Assembly (NCBI GenBank): GCA_046539845.1
Contig: JBKHGE010000001.1
Coordinates: 62,001 to 126,000 of the forward strand
Direction of reading: 5' to 3'
Source of the DNA: Desulfonatronovibrionaceae bacterium
GTDB taxonomy: Bacteria > Desulfobacterota > Desulfovibrionia > Desulfovibrionales > Desulfonatronovibrionaceae
Length of the DNA: 64,000 nucleotides
The translations under genes and the position numbers were made by a program. A model generated the notes under the pieces. It saw only the letters and a program-made list of their open reading frames with translations. It was not told the origin of the DNA and did no database searches. This document shows positions 58,803-64,000 of this stretch, in pieces (the first letter of the stretch is position 1; the number at the start of each line of letters is the position of its first letter).

Positions 58803-59003
58803 ATGCAGTTCGATATCCAACTATTTCTCTGCGCCCTGGGCTTGGCCTTTATTATTGAGGGCATCCCCTATTTTGTGTGGGCGGAAAAAATGCCACGCGT
58901 CCTGTTGATGCTTGCCCAGTCCGAGTCAGGCGGGCTGCGCAAGATGGGGGTCGCGGCCATAGTGATCGGTTTGATCATCATCTTTTTCGCCCGCAGGCTG
59001 TAG
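58803..59003 (+). CDS. DUF2065-family small membrane protein
   Basis: ALGLAFIIEGIPYF.....LRKMG pattern with two TM helices. Confidence 0.85.
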   Translation: MQFDIQLFLCALGLAFIIEGIPYFVWAEKMPRVLLMLAQSESGGLRKMGVAAIVIGLIIIFFARRL

Positions 59004-59693
59004 TTTTTCCGCCACATGTATGTAAACTATGCCCGAACACAGGGGATAATAAAACACGCGGTCAAACCCGGCCTTTCTTATTTCCACGGCCAGGGATTCG
59101 GCCCCCGGAAACTCGCTGATGGTTCGGGCCAGATAGGAATACGCCCCCGGATCACCGGAAAACACGCGGCCCACCACAGGCAGAATACGGTGCAGATAAA
59201 AATTGTACACCCCTTTCCAAACCCGGTTTTTTCCGCTCCCGAACTCCAGAATGCACAGCCTGCCCCCCGGTTTTAAGACCCTAAGAATCTCGGCATAGGC
59301 ACTCTGGCGCGGCCTGATGTTGCGAATCCCGAAGGCTATGGTGGCGCAGTCCACACATTGGTCCGGCATGGGCACGGCAACGGCATCCGCCGCAAGGGGC
59401 AAAAACCCACGCTTTTCGGACATTTTTCTTTTCCCCCGCAAAAGCATGGGCAGAGAAAAGTCCAGACCAATTATCCGCACCCGGGGAAATTTTTTTCTGA
59501 TCTCCTTGCTCACATCCAAAGTACCGGCGGCCAAATCCAGAATCACTCCGTTTTCCGTGCTTTGGACGTGAGTAACCAGTCTTTTGCGCCAGAAAATATC
59601 CTGGCCCAGGCTCAAAAAATGGTTCAAAAAATCATACCAGCCGGCGATCCGTCCGAACAGCCCGGACACCTTGCGGCCGTGATCATTTCTCAT
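58926..59693 (-). CDS. ubiE: Menaquinone biosynthesis methyltransferase UbiE/MenG
   Basis: F.RIA..YDFLNHFLSLG.D..WR, LDLAAGT, AFGIRN, RVLKPGG, AYSYL..TI. Confidence 0.92.
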   Translation of the reverse strand: MRNDHGRKVSGLFGRIAGWYDFLNHFLSLGQDIFWRKRLVTHVQSTENGVILDLAAGTLDVSKEIRKKFPRVRIIGLDFSLPMLLRGKRKMSEKRGFLPLAADAVAVPMPDQCVDCATIAFGIRNIRPRQSAYAEILRVLKPGGRLCILEFGSGKNRVWKGVYNFYLHRILPVVGRVFSGDPGAYSYLARTISEFPGAESLAVEIRKAGFDRVFYYPLCSGIVYIHVAEKLQPAGEKDDDQTDHYGRDPHLAQPA

Positions 59694-59877
59694 CCGTCTC
59701 CCGGCCGTTTTGCCCTTCGCCCGGGTCTATAGTGTTCTCCAGCACGGATTTGTTAATCTCCCTATAGATGGAGGAAAAATGTTCTCCGAAATTGCTGGGG
59801 GAAATCCGGCCGATCTCAATAAACTTCACCACAATCTCCTTGGCCACCTGTAAAGTCTGTTTCTGTATCTGCTCCAT
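59683..59877 (-). CDS. Small hypothetical protein (64 aa)
   Basis: GGAGG SD, sequence MEQIQKQTLQVAKEIVVKFIEIGRISP. Overlaps the ubiE start. Confidence 0.8.
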   Translation of the reverse strand: MEQIQKQTLQVAKEIVVKFIEIGRISPSNFGEHFSSIYREINKSVLENTIDPGEGQNGRETDEK

Positions 59878-59997
59878 GCCCACCTCCGGCGGATCTTGAT
59901 CCCTGCATTCCAGGCATCCGAAAAAATAAAAAACCGCCCGGCCGGGAAATGGTCGCGACCAGCCAGGTGCGCTAACCGGGCGGAAAAAGGGAAAAAC

Positions 59998-60026
59998 AAA
60001 AGCCCTCCCCTTTTAGGGAGGGCTTT
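59998..60026. terminator. Intrinsic terminator downstream of the acidic protein gene
   Basis: AAAGCCCTCCC-CTTTTA-GGGAGGGCTTT, with a T-run on the - strand. Confidence 0.75.
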
Positions 60027-60078
60027 ATCACTTCGGGCCCTGCTAGTCGAGGGCCAAATAGCGCCCCGGTCCTCAGGC

Positions 60079-61344
60079 TCAGGATTTTTTGCCCAATGCG
60101 GCGATTTCCTCTCTTATGACCTTGGCCGCTGCTCCGGGGGCCTCTTTGTGAACAAACTCCTGGAGCCTGGATTCAAGCTCCTGCAGATCAGTAGAGGTCA
60201 CTGCCTCCTGGGGAATGTTCTCAAGCCGTTGCAGGGCCTCGGAGATATCGGGCTGCTCCTTCTGGAGCTCGTCCACCCGGCTGGTCAGGCTGTCCAGCTT
60301 TTCCTGGAGTTTGCTCCAATATTTAAGGGCATTTTCCATTTCCTCGGCCAGCCTGGACTGCTCCTTTTTCACGGCCTCAAACTGCTCCTGCATGGACTCC
60401 TGGACCGCCTCGAGCACTTCCTTGCGCAGCCCATCCGCGTCGATATCAGTGCCGGCCTGGTTTGCCTTAAATTCTTCTATCTTCGCCCCGGCCACTTCTC
60501 CGGCCAAGGCACGTATATCTTCCTCAGATTGCTGCGCTTCCTGGTTTTCCTTGAACAAGGAAAAAGCGGACTCCAATTCCTGAAATTTTTCTTTTATCCC
60601 GGAGAGGTCGTTTTCCAGCTCCTTGAGCTTGTTTGTTTCTTTTTCCTCTGCACCGGGCTTTTCCAGTTGCTCGGAGATATCCTGCACCTTTTGGCTTAGA
60701 TCGCTGAACCTAGTCTCACTTTCCTGGCGCAAAGAGTCCAGTTCCTGTTTGAGCTCGGCACTGCCCTGGCCTTCCTCTTCTTCCACGGCTGGTTTTGCCT
60801 CTTCGGCAGAAGCTGCGGGCTCCTCATCCTGACCGCCGGATTCGAGATCAGAGATAATTTCGTCCACCCCGTCAATATCCTGCATCTCTTCAGACCCCCG
60901 GGAATCATCTTTTTGTCCCCCGGTCTCTTCCGGTGTCCGCTCTTCGAAGGCCTCTGCCTTCTCTGCAGAATCCTCGCTCAGGAGGTCATCTATGTCCAGA
61001 TCCCCGAACACATCCCCGCCGGAATCATCAGACTCCTGTTCTTGTGCATCGGACGGATCCGTTTCCTGGGCCTTTTCCCCTGCAGACCCGGCTGCTTCCT
61101 GAAACAGGCTGTCGAACCCGGCCTCCCCCTGTCCGGATGCAGCCTCCTGATCGGAGCCGCCTTCTTCCTCGTCGCCGGAATCCAGATCCTTGAAGAGATC
61201 TTCAAGGTCATCATCAAAAGCGCCCTGCTCCGGGTCCTGGTCTGAGGCCTCGGTCTTTTGCGGCCCGGAATCGCCTTCCTCGACTATATCCGTCAATTCA
61301 ATGACGTCCTCTTCCAGTCCCAGGTCCTTGTCTTTTTCGGCCAT
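60079..61344 (-). CDS. Highly acidic disordered and coiled-coil protein (PopZ-like architecture)
   Basis: Start MAEKDK. N-terminal DVIELTDIVEEG, long D/E-rich region, coiled coil, C-terminal APGAAAKVIREEI. The ORF-track extension to 61650 overlaps cytochrome c3 and is rejected. Confidence 0.8.
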   Translation of the reverse strand: MAEKDKDLGLEEDVIELTDIVEEGDSGPQKTEASDQDPEQGAFDDDLEDLFKDLDSGDEEEGGSDQEAASGQGEAGFDSLFQEAAGSAGEKAQETDPSDAQEQESDDSGGDVFGDLDIDDLLSEDSAEKAEAFEERTPEETGGQKDDSRGSEEMQDIDGVDEIISDLESGGQDEEPAASAEEAKPAVEEEEGQGSAELKQELDSLRQESETRFSDLSQKVQDISEQLEKPGAEEKETNKLKELENDLSGIKEKFQELESAFSLFKENQEAQQSEEDIRALAGEVAGAKIEEFKANQAGTDIDADGLRKEVLEAVQESMQEQFEAVKKEQSRLAEEMENALKYWSKLQEKLDSLTSRVDELQKEQPDISEALQRLENIPQEAVTSTDLQELESRLQEFVHKEAPGAAAKVIREEIAALGKKS

Positions 61345-61358
61345 ATTCAGATCCCCGC

Positions 61359-61389
61359 AAAAAAAATGGGGAGCGTTTTGCCCCCCATC
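61359..61389 (-). terminator. Intrinsic terminator after cytochrome c3
   Basis: Minus strand reads ATGGGGGGC-AAAAC-GCTCCCCAT-TTTTTTT. Confidence 0.75.
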
Positions 61390-61402
61390 TTCAAGTTCAA
61401 AC

Positions 61403-61801
61403 TTACTCTTTGGGATGGCATCCGTTACAGCTGGTCGGGCCGGTAGGCTCGCCCGCCTTTTTCTGATCCATGTGACAGCCCTTGTAGCACATGTCGTGGT
61501 AGGCATTGTAATAGTATTCAATGCTCCTTCTTTCCTTGGGATTAGGCTTGACGATGTCATGACACCCGGAATCCATGCACGGCTGGATATCAGACTCCCC
61601 GTCCCACATGTGATGACACTTAGTGCAATCAATATCCTCATGGCTATCATGGGAAAAATCCACAGCGCTCTTGCGGGCGTTCACCTCCTCCGGCGGCTGG
61701 ATGGTCAGTTCATCCGGTACATCCGTGGCGTACAGATTGGACAGCATAAACACCCCGATCAGCGTTGTGCAGGCCAGAGTTACGATTAACGATTTCTTCA
61801 T
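61403..61801 (-). CDS. Periplasmic tetraheme cytochrome c3
   Basis: Sec signal peptide, FSHDSH distal His pair, heme motifs CTKCHH, CMDSGCH, CYKGCH and CNGCH. Strong AGGAGGTG SD. Confidence 0.93.
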   Translation of the reverse strand: MKKSLIVTLACTTLIGVFMLSNLYATDVPDELTIQPPEEVNARKSAVDFSHDSHEDIDCTKCHHMWDGESDIQPCMDSGCHDIVKPNPKERRSIEYYYNAYHDMCYKGCHMDQKKAGEPTGPTSCNGCHPKE

Positions 61802-61829
61802 TCTATCTCACCTCCTTTTTGCTAGTTAC

Positions 61830-61847
61830 TTGTAAAAAAATGCACAA
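61830..61847. promoter_or_regulatory. Candidate Rex operator upstream of cytochrome c3
   Basis: TTGTAAAAAAATGCACAA versus TTGTGAA-N4-TTCACAA (2 mismatches), between a TTGACA -35 element and the SD. Confidence 0.55.
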
Positions 61848-61895
61848 GTTGCCCTTAAAGTAAATTAGATCATTATATACTGTCAAGTAGGGCAA

Positions 61896-63164
61896 TTAAA
61901 AGCGCACGTCCTTCGCCGCTTCCAGGGCCTTTTCCCAGTCGCTTTCCGTATGGGCAAAGGAATTGAACGTACACTCAAATCCGGACGGAGCCAGATATAT
62001 ACCCGCCTCTCGCATCTGCTTATAAAAAGTTTTAAAAAGTCCGGGATCAGCCTTTTTTGCCGAAGCAAAATCATGGACCTCATCCGAGGTAAAAAACAAG
62101 GTGAACATGGACGCGATCAAATTCAGCTGCACCGGGACACCTTTTTCGGCCAGGATACCCTTCAGCTCCCGGGCGAATCTCTGGGTGTCCCGGGTCAAAC
62201 GTTCATAATCGCAGCTTTTGAGGGTGCCCAAAGTGGCCGCCCCGCAGGCCATGGCCAAAGGATTCCCGGCCAAGGTACCGGCCTGATAAACCTCTCCGCA
62301 GGGGGCTATGCGGGCCATTATCTCCCTTTTTCCCCCGTAGGCCCCGACAGGCATCCCGCCGCCTATTATCTTGCCCAGGCAGGTCAGATCCGGAGTCACT
62401 CCGAAATAGCCCTGAGCACCGTTGAAATCGACCCGAAACCCAGTAATTACTTCATCGAACACGAGCAGGCTGCCGTAATTTTCTGTCAGTTCCCGGAGCC
62501 CTTGCAAAAAACCTTCCCGCGGCAGAATACAGCCCATATTACCGGCCACCGGCTCGACAAAAACAGCCGCTATGTCCTCTCCATGCCTGGAAAAAAGCTC
62601 GCGCACCCGCTCCAGATCATTGTAATCCGCCAGAAGGGTATCGCGGACAACCTCCTCCGGGACACCCGGTGTTCCGGGTATGGATAGGGTAGCCACTCCT
62701 GATCCGGCACTGGCCAAAAAGGCATCCACATGTCCATGATATCCGCCCACGAATTTAATTACCTTGTTTCTCCCGGTATAGGCCCGGGCCAGGCGAAGGG
62801 CGCTCATGGTCGCCTCGGTCCCGGAATTGACCATGCGGATCATCTCCACTCCAGGCAGGGCGTCCACTATCTCCCGGGCCAAATCTATCTCTGCCCGGCA
62901 GGGGGCGCCGAAAGTAATTCCGTTGTCAACCGCCCTCTTGACCTCCTCCACCACCCGGGGGTGATTGTGCCCGAGGAGCATTGGTCCCCAGGACATGACA
63001 AAATCAATGAGTTCCCGGCCGTCCTGGCTGTACATCTTGGACCCCTGGGCTCGGGAGATGAACAAAGGTTCCTCCTCCACGCTCCTGCAGGCCCGGACCG
63101 GGCTATTCACCCCGCCGGGTATTAGTTCCTGGGCCTGGACAAAGAGTTCATCAGATAAACGCAT
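61896..63164 (-). CDS. hemL: Glutamate-1-semialdehyde 2,1-aminomutase
   Basis: [60 protein letters not shown]. Confidence 0.97.
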   Translation of the reverse strand: MRLSDELFVQAQELIPGGVNSPVRACRSVEEEPLFISRAQGSKMYSQDGRELIDFVMSWGPMLLGHNHPRVVEEVKRAVDNGITFGAPCRAEIDLAREIVDALPGVEMIRMVNSGTEATMSALRLARAYTGRNKVIKFVGGYHGHVDAFLASAGSGVATLSIPGTPGVPEEVVRDTLLADYNDLERVRELFSRHGEDIAAVFVEPVAGNMGCILPREGFLQGLRELTENYGSLLVFDEVITGFRVDFNGAQGYFGVTPDLTCLGKIIGGGMPVGAYGGKREIMARIAPCGEVYQAGTLAGNPLAMACGAATLGTLKSCDYERLTRDTQRFARELKGILAEKGVPVQLNLIASMFTLFFTSDEVHDFASAKKADPGLFKTFYKQMREAGIYLAPSGFECTFNSFAHTESDWEKALEAAKDVRF

Positions 63165-63186
63165 ATGCTTACTCCTTGTTTTTTTT

Positions 63187-63798
63187 CTAGCTGAGATCTA
63201 TTTTTGACCCGGAGACGATGAAGTCAATCAGCTTATCCACACACTCTTCCACAGAGCATTTATCTGTCTCCAGGACTAGATCCGGGTCTTCCGGCTCTTC
63301 GTATGGCGAGGATATGCCGGTATAATTCTTTATCCTTCCCTCCCGGGCCAGGGCGTAAAGACCTTTGGCATCCCTTTTTTCGCACTCCTTCAAGGCGCAT
63401 TTGACGTAGATTTCATAAAAGTCGTCCCCACCCACAAGGCATCTGACTTTTTCGCGGTCCTCGCGGTAAGGAGAGATGAACGCGGTCAGGCACATAATGC
63501 CTGCATCCACAAAAAGCCTGACCATCTCTCCGATGCGGCGGATATTTTCGGACCGGCCTTCCGGGGAAAAACTCAAATCCCGGCAGAGTCCCTTACGGAC
63601 ATTGTCACCGTCAAAGACATATGTCCTCATACCCATATTATACAGGCGTTCCTCGGTTAAATGGGCCAGGGTGGATTTCCCGGAACCGGAGAGACCGGTC
63701 AGCCAATACACCCCGCTCTTATGGCGGTTCAAATCCTCCCTGTGCCTTCGCCTGACCGCTCCGCGGTATTCGACTACATGCCTATCGCAACTGGTCAT
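63187..63798 (-). CDS. cysC: Adenylyl-sulfate (APS) kinase
   Basis: [49 protein letters not shown]. Confidence 0.95.
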   Translation of the reverse strand: MTSCDRHVVEYRGAVRRRHREDLNRHKSGVYWLTGLSGSGKSTLAHLTEERLYNMGMRTYVFDGDNVRKGLCRDLSFSPEGRSENIRRIGEMVRLFVDAGIMCLTAFISPYREDREKVRCLVGGDDFYEIYVKCALKECEKRDAKGLYALAREGRIKNYTGISSPYEEPEDPDLVLETDKCSVEECVDKLIDFIVSGSKIDLS

Positions 63799-63816
63799 AT
63801 CCCTTCCTTTTTGCGG

Positions 63817-64000
63817 CTATAAGACACGTGCTCCGTCTTTTTGGACGTGGATCATGTACTCCCAGCGAACCCCGCCCCATTTTGGGTAATAAAGGCCAGG
63901 CTCTACGGTCACCACCATGTTCTCCCGAAAACATCCCTCGGCAGTCGGGGCCAGACTGGGCGGTTCGTGCGTCTCCAATCCGATTCCGTGCCCCAGGGCG
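63817..64000 (-). CDS. Xaa-Pro aminopeptidase (M24), 3' end only
   Basis: My translation: ALGHGIGLETHEPP...VVTVEPGLYYPKWGGVRWEYM...RVL*. Confidence 0.9.
   Translation of the reverse strand, partial: ALGHGIGLETHEPPSLAPTAEGCFRENMVVTVEPGLYYPKWGGVRWEYMIHVQKDGARVL

Noticed and set aside
61345..61650. N-terminal extension of the acidic protein ORF (523 aa)
   Set aside because: It overlaps cytochrome c3 in another frame and crosses its terminator.
1..64000. CRISPR arrays, tRNA/rRNA genes, IS elements, integrases, prophage or defence islands
   Set aside because: None seen by eye. Intergenic gaps are short and show no repeat-spacer periodicity. A covariance-model scan was not possible.

Overview
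A 64-kb chromosomal segment from a Desulfovibrionales-like deltaproteobacterium. The taxonomy is inferred from gene content and order: tetraheme cytochrome c3, AhbC, TupABC and the futalosine menaquinone pathway. Acidic surface proteins and sucrose genes suggest a salt-adapted lineage. Most of the window is housekeeping: rpsA, rimO, pyrBC, parS-parA-parB, carB-purF-kdsD, PBP1A, tupABC, ahbC-hemB, fliC-fliD-fliS, rpsB-tsf-pyrH-frr-uppS-cdsA-dxr-rseP-tsaB, purL, mqnB/mqnD/ubiE, hemL and cysC. There is one accessory block for sucrose synthesis and turnover (fructokinase, SPS/SPP, sucrose synthase). I saw no rRNA, tRNA, CRISPR array or mobile element. The best new observation is a gene missing from the ORF track: 57098-57328 (-) encodes a 76-aa TusA/SirA-like protein with an in-frame UGA in a CxxxC-U motif, followed directly by a SECIS-like hairpin. 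It is a probable unannotated selenoprotein, translationally coupled to mqnB. Other points of interest are a PopZ-like acidic scaffold candidate next to cytochrome c3, a 30-bp perfect parS palindrome where A/T strand bias appears to flip, a probable CTG start for uppS, and a CX3CH heme motif. All family calls come from motif recognition, with no database searches.
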